DNA from: Dickeya dadantii NCPPB 898
GTDB taxonomy: Bacteria; Pseudomonadota; Gammaproteobacteria; Enterobacterales; Enterobacteriaceae
Reading direction: 5' to 3'
Assembly (NCBI RefSeq): GCF_000406145.1
Contig: NZ_CM001976.1
Coordinates: 4,392,380 to 4,424,379 of the forward strand
DNA: 32,000 nt
Of the stretch, positions 19,363 to 28,606 are shown one piece after another. Below the pieces are notes generated by a model. The model did no database searches. It was not told where the DNA came from and was given only the letters and a program-made list of their open reading frames with translations. Both the position numbers and the translations under genes were made by a program. Position 1 is the first letter of the stretch. Each line of letters opens with the position of its first letter.

Positions 19363-21542
19363 GCCTCCTTCACCAGATACAGGGTGGCGAGCGGCGGCAA
19401 TGTCAGTACCAACGACTGCGGCCGGGAATGGCTGCCCACCGTTTCGCTATACACCAGCCCCTTATTGCCCAGGTTGCCGCCGTGGTAATGCCAGGAATCG
19501 GTATTGAGCACCTCGCGCCAGGCCCCCGGCTGATTGATGCCGACGCGATAACTGTCGCGCGGCACCGGCGTAAAGTTGCTGATAATCAGCATTTCGTTGC
19601 CGTCGGCATCGCGCCGGATAAAGGCGAACACCGAGTTTTCCCGATCGTCCACCACCACCCACTCAAAGCCCTGATGCAGGTAGTCGCACTGATAGAGCGG
19701 CGGGTGCTGGCGATAGCAGTGGTTGAGATCGCGCACCAGTTGCTGCACCCCGGCATGCCAGCCCTCCGGCTCGTCCAGCAGGTGCCAGTCCAGACTGGTG
19801 TCGTGGTTCCACTCCCGCCCCTGTGCGAATTCGCCGCCCATGAACAGCAGCTTCTTGCCGGGGTAGGCCCACATGAAGCCGTAATAGGCGCGCAGGTTGG
19901 CGAACTTCTGCCAGACGTCGCCGGGCATCCGATCCAGCAGCGAGCGTTTGCCGTGCACCACCTCGTCATGCGACAGCGGCAGCACAAAGTTTTCGCTATA
20001 GGCGTACAGCATGCCGAAGGTCAGCAGGTCGTGGTGGTATTTGCGGTGCACCGGGTCCAGTTGCATGTAGGCCAGCGAGTCATGCATCCAACCCATGTTC
20101 CATTTGTAGTGGAAACCCAGCCCGCCATGCTCCGGCGGCAGCGTCACCCCGGCGTAATCGGTGGACTCTTCGGCGATGGTGACCGCGCCGGCGTGGTGCT
20201 GCCCCAGCATCTGATTGGTGTAACGCAGGAAGCCGATCGCCTCCAGATTCTCCTTGCCGCCGAAGTAGTTCGGCACCCATTCCCCATCGCGGCGGCTGTA
20301 ATCGCGGTAAATCATCGATGCTACCGCGTCTACCCGCAGCCCATCGACGCCAAACCGCTCAGTCCAGTACAGTGCGTTACCCGCCAGATAGTTACGGACT
20401 TCGTGACGGTCAAAGTTATAAATCAGCGTGTTCCAGTCCTGATGGTAGCCCTCTTTCGGATCGGCGTATTCGTACAGCGCGGTGCCGTCGAAACGCGCCA
20501 GCCCATAGCTATCCGCCGGGAAATGGCCGGAAACCCAGTCCAGCAGCACATTGATGCCCGCCTCGTGAAAAGCCGACACCAGATAGCGGAAGTCGTCCGG
20601 CGAACCGAAACGGCGGGTCGGCGCGTATAACCCCAGCGGCTGATAGCCCCAACTGCCGTCAAACGGGTGTTCGTGCACCGGCATCAGCTCAACATGGGTA
20701 AACCCCATCTCTTTCACGTACGGCACCAGTTGGTCCGCCAGTTCGCGGTAACTGAGCCAGAAATTATTGTCGGTGTGACGCCGCCATGACCCCAGGTGCA
20801 CCTCATAAATGGAAATCGGCGACTGCAGATCGTTGGCATGCTGCCGCGCTTCATCCACCGGCAGCGCGGGCGGCAGACGGCTGACCACCGACGCGGTGTC
20901 CGGCCGCATCTGGGATTCGAAGGCATACGGGTCGGACTTCACCAGCACGTTGCCGTAACAGTCGATGATTTCGAATTTGTACAATTGGCCCGGCCCGACG
21001 CCCGGCACGAACAGTTCCCATACGCCGTTTTCGCGCCGCCGCCGCATCGGATGGCGGCGGCCGTCCCAAAAATTGAAATCGCCCACCACCGACACCCGCT
21101 GAGCATTCGGCGCCCAGACGGCAAAACAGGTGCCGACGACGCCATCCAGCGTGGACGGATGCGCCCCCAGCGTTTCAAACGGCCGCAAATGGCGCCCTTC
21201 CGCCAGCAGCCAGATATCCAGCTCCTGCAGCAGGGTGCCAAAACGATAAGGGTCATCAATGACCTGCGTATCCTGCGGCCAGGTCACCGCCAGACGATAG
21301 CTGAACGGCTTTTTGCGACGGGGAATCGCCGAGGCGAAAAAACCGCGTGGGTCCCGACATTGCAGGTTCGCCACTTTACGTCCGCTGTGTGCGTCCACGA
21401 CCCAGACATCGCTAGCATCGGGAAGCAGGGCACGTACTTCCAGCCCCGATGCCGTGTCATGCATACCCAGTACGGCAAAAGGATCGGCGTAATGGCCGGA
21501 AAAAAGGAGATTAATAATGTTCTGATCGGAAAACCCTGACAT
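19359..21542 (-). CDS. glgB: 1,4-alpha-glucan branching enzyme
   Basis: The track ORF extends to 21710. I trimmed the start to ATG 21542 ([28 protein letters not shown]) by homology to the E. coli GlgB N-terminus, with an AGAGGA SD upstream. That gives 727 aa. Confidence 0.95.
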
Positions 21543-21920
21543 GGCATCCATCCTCTGAATTAACCATCTGAATAAGTTAAACATGTTAAAGAGACAGAAC
21601 ATTTCTTCGGCATTCTTATTGATGTGGAAATGCCCTGCGTCAATAACAGAAAAGGAACCAGCCTGACCCCATAAAAGAGAACTAATCTGAAGGAAAATAC
21701 CTCGTGGCAACCAGTGAGGCTGCGAAGCATTATTCAGATGAGCCTAAGATTCAGCTTAGTAAAGAAAAGAGAAAACATTTGAGATTATGGATAAATTTTT
21801 GCGGTCGGGACTTATAAGAAAAAATAATTAATCATAGTGTTAGCGAATGTTGATCCTGTCCGGAGATTGTTCGACCGCGACGGGTAAAATCGGAAGCATC
21901 AACAGGGAGGTGTACTGCTT

Positions 21921-23606
21921 ATGATAAGCCAAATCGATCTGATTCTGTCATTGCTACAACAAACATGCGTCTATCTGGTCATTGCCTATCTGTTGAGCAA
22001 AACTCCGCTGTTTATTCCGCTGACGCAGGTCACCATCCGCCTGCCGCATAAACTGATCTGCTACCTGACCTTCTCGATGTTCTGCATCCTCGGCACCTAT
22101 TTCGGCCTGCATATCGACGACTCCATCGCCAATACCCGCGCCATCGGCGCGCTGCTGGGCGGCGTGCTGGGCGGGCCGTCGGTGGGTGTTCTGGTCGGGC
22201 TGACCGGCGGTCTGCATCGCTACTCCCTCGGCGGCATGACCGCGCTGGCCTGCATGGTTTCCACCATTGCGGAAGGGCTGGCCGGCGGCCTGCTGCACCG
22301 CTACCTGACCCGTCGCCATCGCATCGACCTGTTGTTCCAGCCGCTGGTCATCGCCGCCGCCACCCTGCTGGTGGAAGTGTTGCAGATGAGCATCATCCTG
22401 CTGTTGTCGCGGCCGTTTGGCGACGCGCTGGCGCTGGTCAAAAGCATCGCGCTGCCGATGATAATCACCAACAGCGTGGGCGCGGCGATGTTCATGCGTA
22501 TCCTGCTGGACCGCCGGGCGATGTTCGAGAAATACACCTCGGCGTTTTCCGCCCGCGCATTGCAGATTGCCGCTCGCGCCGAAGGGGCGCTGCGGGAAGG
22601 GTTTAATTCGAGAACCAGTATGCGGGTGGCGCGCATCCTGTATGAAGAGCTGGGCGTCGGCGCGGTCGCCATTACCGATCGGGAAAAACTGCTGGCGTTC
22701 ATCGGCACCGGTGACGATCACCACACGGCCGGTTCGCTGATCACCTCTCCGTTCACCCATCAGGCCATCGACCACAATCAGGTGGTGTACGCCGACGGCA
22801 ACGAAGCGCCTTTCGATTGTTCCATCTCGCCGCACTGTAAACTCGGCTCCACGCTGGTGATTCCGCTGCGCGGCGAAGAACAGCGGGTGATCGGCACCAT
22901 CAAGTTGTATGAACCGAAAAACAAGCTGTTCTCCAGCATCAACCGGACGCTGGGGGAAGGCATCGGCCACTTGCTGTCGGCCCAGATTTTCGCCGGCCGC
23001 TTCGAGCAACAAAAACAATTGCTGGCGCAGTCTGAAATCAAGTTACTGCACGCGCAGGTCAACCCGCATTTCCTGTTCAACGCCCTCAATACCTTGTCGG
23101 CGATTATCCGCCGCAATCCGGATCAGGCGCGCCAGTTGGTGCTGTCGCTGTCCACCTTCTTTCGCAAAAATCTCAAGCGCAGCAGCGACGAGGTGGCTCT
23201 CAGCGATGAACTGGAGCATGTCGACGCCTACCTTGAAATCGAGAAGGCGCGCTTCGCCAACCTGCTGACGGTGGACATCGCCATTCCGCCCTCGCTCAGA
23301 GCCGCCAGGCTACCGGCTTTCTCCCTGCAACCGCTGGTGGAAAACGCCATCAAGCACGGCATTTCTCAAATGCTGGACAACGGCTACCTGCGCATTGACG
23401 CCCGCACCCACGCCAACATGCTGGAACTGACGGTGGAGGACAACGCCGGGGCCTATCACCCGTGCAACGGCGGCGACGGGCTGGGTATGAATCTGGTAGA
23501 CCGGCGCATCAAGGCGCGTTACGGCCATCACTACGGCATCACCGTCATCAGCGAACCGGAACGCTTTACCCGCGTACGGGTGCGGGTGCCGCTACGGGTG
23601 GGGTAA
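21921..23606 (+). CDS. btsS: LytS-family sensor histidine kinase (5TM-LytS + GAF + His_kinase + HATPase), BtsS/YehU ortholog
   Basis: The 561-aa ORF has SD GGGAGG upstream. LLQQTCVYLVIAYLLSKTPLFIPL.QVT.RLPHK, SIANTRAIGA and the H-box LLHAQVNPHFLFNALNT match remembered E. coli BtsS over the full length, as do the N-box PLVENAIKHG and GLGMNLV. Confidence 0.9.
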   Translation: MISQIDLILSLLQQTCVYLVIAYLLSKTPLFIPLTQVTIRLPHKLICYLTFSMFCILGTYFGLHIDDSIANTRAIGALLGGVLGGPSVGVLVGLTGGLHRYSLGGMTALACMVSTIAEGLAGGLLHRYLTRRHRIDLLFQPLVIAAATLLVEVLQMSIILLLSRPFGDALALVKSIALPMIITNSVGAAMFMRILLDRRAMFEKYTSAFSARALQIAARAEGALREGFNSRTSMRVARILYEELGVGAVAITDREKLLAFIGTGDDHHTAGSLITSPFTHQAIDHNQVVYADGNEAPFDCSISPHCKLGSTLVIPLRGEEQRVIGTIKLYEPKNKLFSSINRTLGEGIGHLLSAQIFAGRFEQQKQLLAQSEIKLLHAQVNPHFLFNALNTLSAIIRRNPDQARQLVLSLSTFFRKNLKRSSDEVALSDELEHVDAYLEIEKARFANLLTVDIAIPPSLRAARLPAFSLQPLVENAIKHGISQMLDNGYLRIDARTHANMLELTVEDNAGAYHPCNGGDGLGMNLVDRRIKARYGHHYGITVISEPERFTRVRVRVPLRVG

Positions 23607-23639
23607 ACGCGTAAAGGGACGGGGGACGGCGGCTATAGC

Positions 23640-23706
23640 GTAGCGTTTGGGCGAGCCCCATGAAATGGCAGCCAACGCACCTGCAACGTGAAGTATGGCG
23701 GGTATA
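23640..23706. repeat. Truncated ERIC/IRU-like repeat (right half)
   Basis: GCCAACGCACCTGCAACGTGAAGTATGGCGGGTATA (23671-23706) repeats 30403-30438 with 2 mismatches in 36 nt. It matches my recollection of the ERIC terminus. Confidence 0.6.
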
Positions 23707-23714
23707 GCGACAAT

Positions 23715-23749
23715 AAAAAACGGCTTCCCTTGTGGGGAAGCCGTTTTTT
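23715..23749. terminator. Bidirectional rho-independent terminator between btsS and cspA
   Basis: The sequence reads A6, then CGGCTTCCC, loop TTGTG, GGGAAGCCG, then T6. The 9-bp GC-rich stem is flanked by an A-run and a T-run. Confidence 0.85.
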
Positions 23750-23835
23750 ATTTCAGGCAAACCTGGGTATTACATCAACTTCACTGCTCCGGCTAACGCC
23801 ATCTTCGCTATCGGAAGTGATGATTACCCGGGAAA

Positions 23836-24048
23836 TTACAGCCCTACTACGTTTTCAGCGGAAGGACCTTTCGGACCGTTGCCGATAACGAATTCAACTT
23901 TCTGACCTTCGTACAGAGTCTTGAAGCTATCGCTCTGAATGGCAGAGAAATGAACAAACACGTCTTTGCTGCCGTCAGCCGGAGTGATGAAACCAAAACC
24001 TTTAGTTTCGTTAAACCATTTTACTGAACCAGTCATTTTATTAGACAT
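23836..24048 (-). CDS. cspA: Major cold-shock protein, CspA family (70 aa)
   Basis: [70 protein letters not shown] carries the RNP1 (KGFGFI) and RNP2 (VFVHF) motifs. The start was trimmed from the track ORF (24123) to match the family length. Confidence 0.93.
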   Translation of the reverse strand: MSNKMTGSVKWFNETKGFGFITPADGSKDVFVHFSAIQSDSFKTLYEGQKVEFVIGNGPKGPSAENVVGL

Positions 24049-24259
24049 TATATTACCTCGTAATTTTTTCCAGCCCGTTAGAGGGCGATATAGGTATGCA
24101 TCGCAGGAAATACTTATGAGCAAGAAAAAAAGAGATTCAGGGGAAGTGATATCGAGGATAACGCTTGGACTGAGGACTGCTTTAGTAAAATGCTTTGCAT
24201 AAATAGGTCTGACTCACAAACCGTGGCACTATTAACGCATTCATCCGGAATGAATGCAA
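24049..24259 (-). promoter_or_regulatory. cspA-type promoter and ~176-nt 5' UTR with a cold-box-like segment
   Basis: On the minus strand, TTGCAT (24259-24254) is followed by 17 nt and then GTTAAT (24236-24231). The leader begins ACGGTTTGTGAGTCAGACC...TAAAGCAGT...GTTATCCTCGATA. This parallels the E. coli cspA leader ACGGUUUGACGUACAGACC...UAAAGCAGU...GUUAUCGUUGAUA as I remember it. Confidence 0.65.
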
Positions 24260-24428
24260 GCGTTATGTATTATCGCGAGATGTAAATATTTTATATTCAT
24301 TATAATTCATAAAGTTAATGAGTTAGGCCGGGGTTATTTTTTCGACATTACCGGCTTCCAGGCCGAAACCACGGCACAGAATGCAGGACAACGCCACGCC
24401 ACAACCTGCTCTCCCACCGGAGCGCTGA

Positions 24429-24866
24429 TTATTTGTGGTTTACCGGTTCCGTCCCATTAGCGGCATTCTCCATCGGGATCAGGTTCAACCGGCCGTGGCG
24501 CACGCCGGTCTGGGCGATAACCGACGTGGCAAATTGTTCTACGCGCTCGGTCGGCCCGCGCAGAATCACGGTTTCCACGCATTCGTCATGGCTGAGATGG
24601 GTATGCATGGTCGACACCGTCAGGTGATGATGCTCATGCTGCATACCGGCCAGCCGGCTCGACAACTGACGTTCGTGGTGGTCGTACACATAGCTCAGCA
24701 CCGCCACGCATTCTGCGTTTTTATCCTGCGCCACCGTCATTTCGCCCAGCTCGCGCCGTAACATGTCACGAAACGCTTCCGACCGGTTGGCATAGCCTTT
24801 GCGCAGCATCAGCGCGTCCAGCGCCTCGGCCAGCGGGTCATCCAGAGAAATCGTCAGTCGTTGCAT
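24429..24866 (-). CDS. nikR: Nickel-responsive ribbon-helix-helix regulator NikR
   Basis: MQRLTISLDDPLAEALDALMLRKGYANRSEAFRDMLR...AVLSYVYDHHERQL..R....QHEHHHL.V.T.H.H..HDEC.E..IL.G....V..FA..VIAQ.GVRHG.L matches E. coli NikR, including the His/Cys nickel ligands. The start was trimmed from the track ORF (24941) to the MQRLT methionine. Confidence 0.88.
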   Translation of the reverse strand: MQRLTISLDDPLAEALDALMLRKGYANRSEAFRDMLRRELGEMTVAQDKNAECVAVLSYVYDHHERQLSSRLAGMQHEHHHLTVSTMHTHLSHDECVETVILRGPTERVEQFATSVIAQTGVRHGRLNLIPMENAANGTEPVNHK

Positions 24867-24937
24867 GTCGGCCTCACAAAAAAGCGAAAAGAATCCCGGC
24901 GCGGCGGCGCGCAGGTCGCCCATTATGCCGGGGTTAG

Positions 24938-24952
24938 TCACGATGATCGTGA
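24938..24952. promoter_or_regulatory. Perfect inverted repeat TCACGAT-N1-ATCGTGA 72-86 nt upstream of nikR
   Basis: Read directly from the sequence. It does not match the known NikR operator form GTATGA-N16-TCATAC, so the binding factor is unknown. Confidence 0.3.
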
Positions 24953-25022
24953 TTCAGCGCAATATGGCGCACAAATCCCCGAGCGGGCACATCGGAACGC
25001 ATGACCTAAAAGGTGACGGAAG

Positions 25023-25055
25023 AAAAAGTAAAACGCGCCCGGAGGGGCGCGTTAC
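25023..25055 (-). terminator. asd rho-independent terminator
   Basis: A GC-rich stem AACGCGCCC/GGGCGCGTT with loop GGAG is followed on the minus strand by TTACTTTTT. It starts 19 nt after the asd stop. Confidence 0.7.
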
Positions 25056-25073
25056 TTTCAAGGGAAACGCCGA

Positions 25074-26174
25074 TTACAACAGGATACGCAGCATACGGCG
25101 CAGCGGTTCGGCGGCGCCCCACAGCAGTTGGTCACCGACGGTGAAGGCGGACAGGTACTGCGGGCCCATGTTCAGTTTGCGCAGACGACCCACCGGGGTG
25201 GACAGCGTACCGGTTACGGCAGCCGGGGTCAGTTCGCGCATGGTGATCTCGCGGTCGTTCGGCACCACTTTCACCCAGTCATTGTGGGTTGCCAGCATCT
25301 GCTCGATTTCCGGAATCGACACATCTTTCTTCAGCTTAAGGGTGAAAGCCTGACTATGGCAGCGCAGCGCGCCGATGCGTACGCACAGACCGTCCACCGG
25401 AATGGTGCTGGCGGTATTCAGAATCTTGTTGGTTTCCGCCTGACCTTTCCACTCTTCGCGGCTCTGGCCGTTTTCCAGCTGTTTGTCGATCCACGGAATC
25501 AGGCTGCCAGCCAGCGGCACGCCGAAGTTTTCCACATCCAGACCGCCACGCGACAGCGCCGTCACTTTGCGTTCGATATCCAGAATGGCGGAAGCCGGGT
25601 CGCGCAGTTCAGCCGCCACTTCGGCGTTCAACTGGCCCATCTGCACCAGCAGCTCGCGCATGTTGCGCGCGCCCGCGCCGGATGCCGCCTGATAGGTGGC
25701 GACAGACGCCCACTCCACCAGATCGTTGGCGAACAGGCCGCCCAGCGACATCAGCATCAGGCTGACGGTACAGTTGCCGCCGACGAAGGTTTTGATGCCG
25801 TTGTCCAGACCGGACTTGATCACGCCGTGGTTGACCGGGTCCAGGATGATAATCGCGTCATCTTTCATTCGCAGAGAAGATGCTGCGTCGATCCAGTACC
25901 CTTGCCAGCCACTTTCACGCAGCTTTGGATAGATTTCGTTGGTATAATCGCCGCCCTGACAGGTGATGATGATATCCAGCGCGCGCAGCGCGTCCAGATT
26001 GTAGGCATCCTGCAGGACACCCTGCTGGCCGCCCAGCGCCGGCGCCGGTTGGCCGTGCTGAGAGGTAGAGAAGAATACCGGGCGGATTAAATCAAAATCG
26101 CGTTCTTCCACCATGCGCTGCATGAGTACCGAACCGACCATTCCGCGCCAGCCAATAAAACCAACATTTTTCAT
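25074..26174 (-). CDS. asd: Aspartate-semialdehyde dehydrogenase
   Basis: [37 protein letters not shown]...[17 protein letters not shown]...ALRCHSQAF is nearly identical to E. coli Asd. The start was trimmed from the track ORF (26201) to the MKNVGF methionine. Confidence 0.96.
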   Translation of the reverse strand: MKNVGFIGWRGMVGSVLMQRMVEERDFDLIRPVFFSTSQHGQPAPALGGQQGVLQDAYNLDALRALDIIITCQGGDYTNEIYPKLRESGWQGYWIDAASSLRMKDDAIIILDPVNHGVIKSGLDNGIKTFVGGNCTVSLMLMSLGGLFANDLVEWASVATYQAASGAGARNMRELLVQMGQLNAEVAAELRDPASAILDIERKVTALSRGGLDVENFGVPLAGSLIPWIDKQLENGQSREEWKGQAETNKILNTASTIPVDGLCVRIGALRCHSQAFTLKLKKDVSIPEIEQMLATHNDWVKVVPNDREITMRELTPAAVTGTLSTPVGRLRKLNMGPQYLSAFTVGDQLLWGAAEPLRRMLRILL

Positions 26175-26372
26175 GGTAACCGTCCTGCCTGGGGGTGACA
26201 AAAAGCAATCCGACTGCCGTTTCAGGCAGGGAGCATAGTTTTAAGTGATGTCTGTCAACCTTACAAAATGTATCAGAAGTCGCAAGTGAATTTATTCGAT
26301 GACTCGGGCGTTTTCAGCAACACGCCTAATGCGTCCGGCGAAGATTGGGGATGAGAGGAGCTTACCGCCACC

Positions 26373-26966
26373 ATGACTGAAATGATCTCGGCAACCGTAC
26401 TGTTGCTGTTAATTATGGATCCGCTCGGCAATCTGCCGGTGTTTATGTCCGTGCTGAAACACCTGGATCCCAAACGGCGACGCGTGGTGCTGATTAGGGA
26501 AATGATCATCGCGCTGGGGGTGATGCTGGTGTTCCTGTTCGCCGGCGAGAAGATTCTGGCGGTACTGAACCTGCGCACGGAAACCGTCTCCATTTCCGGC
26601 GGAATCGTACTGTTTTTGATCGCCATCCGCATGATTTTCCCGACGCAGGAAGGCTTTACCAGCGGCTTGCCCGCCGGCGACGAGCCGTTTCTGGTGCCGC
26701 TGGCTATCCCGATGGTGGCCGGGCCGTCGATTCTGGCCGCACTGATGCTGCTCTCGCACCAGTATCCGAATCAGATGCCGCACCTGACGCTGGCGCTGTT
26801 CATCGCCTGGGGTATCACGGTGGTCGTACTGCTGCTGTCGAACCTGTTCCTGCGCCTGCTGGGCGACAAGGGCGTCAACGCGCTGGAACGGCTGATGGGG
26901 TTGGTGCTGGTCATGCTCTCCACCCAGATGTTCCTGGACGGCATTCGGGCCTACCTGAAACTGTAA
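26373..26966 (+). CDS. yhgN: MarC/UPF0056-family inner-membrane protein
   Basis: The 197-aa ORF is multi-TM and begins ...LLLLIMDPLGNLPVFMSVLK, the MarC-family signature. It occupies the same position next to asd as E. coli yhgN. Confidence 0.85.
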   Translation: MTEMISATVLLLLIMDPLGNLPVFMSVLKHLDPKRRRVVLIREMIIALGVMLVFLFAGEKILAVLNLRTETVSISGGIVLFLIAIRMIFPTQEGFTSGLPAGDEPFLVPLAIPMVAGPSILAALMLLSHQYPNQMPHLTLALFIAWGITVVVLLLSNLFLRLLGDKGVNALERLMGLVLVMLSTQMFLDGIRAYLKL

Positions 26967-26980
26967 CCGCAAAGTAGACG

Positions 26981-27014
26981 CTCTCAGTCTCCCTGCCTAA
27001 GCGGAGACTGAGAG
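26981..27014. terminator. Perfect 12-bp stem hairpin between convergent yhgN and the gluconate permease gene
   Basis: CTCTCAGTCTCC (26981-26992) pairs with GGAGACTGAGAG (27003-27014) around a 10-nt loop. U-tracts are weak on both strands. Confidence 0.5.
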
Positions 27015-27041
27015 AAGACCGTTACATTCCGCCAGCCATCA

Positions 27042-28358
27042 TCACACCACGTAGCTCAGCAGCAGGGTGCCGGCCAGACCGCACACCGCGATAATGGTTT
27101 CCAGCGCCGACCACGACTTCAGCGTTTCTGGAATGCTCAGGTTGAAATACTCCTTGAACAGCCAGAAACCGGGGTCGTTGACGTGGGAGAAAATCACGCT
27201 GCCGGAACCGACCGCGATCACCATCAATTCCGGGCTGACGCCGCTGGTGGCAATAATCGGCGCCACAATCCCGCCCGCGGTCAGCGCGGCCACGGTGGCA
27301 GACCCTAATGCCAGGCGCAGCACGGCGGCGATAAGCCAACCCAGCAGCAGCGGCGACACGCTACTACCGTGCATCATCCCGGCGATGTACTTGTCTACGC
27401 CGCTGTCGACCAGCACCTGTTTAAACGCGCCGCCGCCGCCGAGGATCAGCAACATCATGGCGATGATTTTAATCGAGTCGGTAATGGTGCCCATCACCTC
27501 ATCCATGCTGCGGCCACGGTTCAGGCCGAAGGTGAAAATAGCGATCAGCACCGCAATCAGGGTCGCCATCACCGGGTCGCCGAAGAACTCGGCATACGGC
27601 AACAAGGCATGTCCCTTCGGTAATATCATTTCCGCTACGGCGCGCAACGCCATCAGGATCACCGGCACCAGCGCGGTCATCACGCTGACAAAAAAGCTCG
27701 GCATTTCCTGCTCGCTGAACTGCTTCGGGTTATACAGCCCTTCCGGAATCGGTTTATCGATTTTCTTCAGGAAGCGGGCGTAAACCGGGCCCGCCAGAAT
27801 CACCGTCGGGATCCCCAATAGCGTACCGTACAGCAGGGTTTTGCCCATGTCGGCGTGGAACAGCGACGCAATCGCCGTCGGCCCCGGATGCGGCGGCAGG
27901 AAGCCGTGAGTGACGGACAACGCCGCCGCCATCGGTACGCCGGCATACAGCAGCGGAATACGCGCCGACGCCACAATGCTGAACACCAGCGGCAACAGCA
28001 GCACAAAGCCCACTTCGTAGAACAGCGCGAAGCCGACGGTAAAACCGGTCAGCACAATCGCCCACTGAATATGCTTGCGACCGAAGCGATTAATCAGCGT
28101 GGTGGCGATACGCTGCGCACCGCCGCAGTCGGCCAGTAATTTCCCCAGCATGGCGCCAAAGCCCATGATCAAGGCCAGCGTGCCCAGCGTGCCGCCCACC
28201 CCGTTCTTGATGGACGTCATCACCTTCTGCACCGGCATTCCCTGCATGATGCCCACGGCCAGGGCAACCAGAATCAGTGCAATAAAGCCGTTCAGTTTAA
28301 AGCGGATCATCAGCACCAACAGCAGTGCGACACCCACAGCGACAATCACGAGTGGCAT
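27042..28358 (-). CDS. gntT: GntP-family gluconate:H+ symporter, GntT-like
   Basis: The start was trimmed to MPLVIVAVGVALLLVLMIRFKLNGFIALILVALAVG. The resulting 438-aa protein tracks my recollection of E. coli GntT end to end (..GGAQRIATTLI..FG.KHIQWA.VLTGFTVGFALFYEVGFVL.LPLVF...SHVNDPGFWLFKEYFNL). It resembles GntT more than GntU, although it sits in the gntU position. Confidence 0.88.
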   Translation of the reverse strand: MPLVIVAVGVALLLVLMIRFKLNGFIALILVALAVGIMQGMPVQKVMTSIKNGVGGTLGTLALIMGFGAMLGKLLADCGGAQRIATTLINRFGRKHIQWAIVLTGFTVGFALFYEVGFVLLLPLVFSIVASARIPLLYAGVPMAAALSVTHGFLPPHPGPTAIASLFHADMGKTLLYGTLLGIPTVILAGPVYARFLKKIDKPIPEGLYNPKQFSEQEMPSFFVSVMTALVPVILMALRAVAEMILPKGHALLPYAEFFGDPVMATLIAVLIAIFTFGLNRGRSMDEVMGTITDSIKIIAMMLLILGGGGAFKQVLVDSGVDKYIAGMMHGSSVSPLLLGWLIAAVLRLALGSATVAALTAGGIVAPIIATSGVSPELMVIAVGSGSVIFSHVNDPGFWLFKEYFNLSIPETLKSWSALETIIAVCGLAGTLLLSYVV

Positions 28359-28494
28359 AACGATCTCCGGCAACCCCTGCCTGCGCGAGTCGGGCAACGA
28401 CAGGGGGGATTTTCTTGTGTTTTGCGAATTCTCCCGGTGTTTCGGGCGTGCCTTCGCTACAGTAGAGTCAGGCGTTCGGGTAGCGCTTAACCCG

Positions 28495-28510
28495 TGTGAT
28501 ATACATCACA
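28495..28510. promoter_or_regulatory. Perfect CRP core TGTGA-TATACA-TCACA in the gntT/gntK divergent region
   Basis: TGTGATATACATCACA was read directly from the sequence. It lies 7 bp from the GntR double operator. Confidence 0.65.
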
Positions 28511-28517
28511 ACGCACG

Positions 28518-28547
28518 ATGTTACCGGTATCATGATACCGGTAACAT
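28518..28547. promoter_or_regulatory. Two GntR (LacI-family) operators fused into one perfect 30-bp palindrome
   Basis: ATGTTACCGGTATCATGATACCGGTAACAT is its own reverse complement. It is made of ATGTTACCGGTATCAT and ATGATACCGGTAACAT, which overlap by 2 nt. Each resembles the E. coli GntR operator consensus (ATGTTACCxxTAACAT type). A weaker third core, AAACCGGTAC, lies at 28559-28568. Confidence 0.75.
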
Positions 28548-28606
28548 GTTAAAGTCTGAAACCGGTACGAAGCATTTAATTTACAGTTTGGGATAGAGAT
28601 CAAATT

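Noticed and set aside
21543-21710. N-terminal extension of glgB in the ORF track (783 aa)
   Set aside because: Homology to GlgB begins at [10 protein letters not shown] (ATG 21542). The extension lies in an AT-rich promoter region and has no counterpart in E. coli GlgB.
21954-23018. 354-aa ORF antisense to btsS, and similarly 25128-26090 antisense to asd, 10302-11063 antisense to glpD and 24-533 antisense to malP
   Set aside because: All overlap strongly supported genes on the opposite strand and have the typical shadow-ORF composition. None has a convincing ribosome-binding site.
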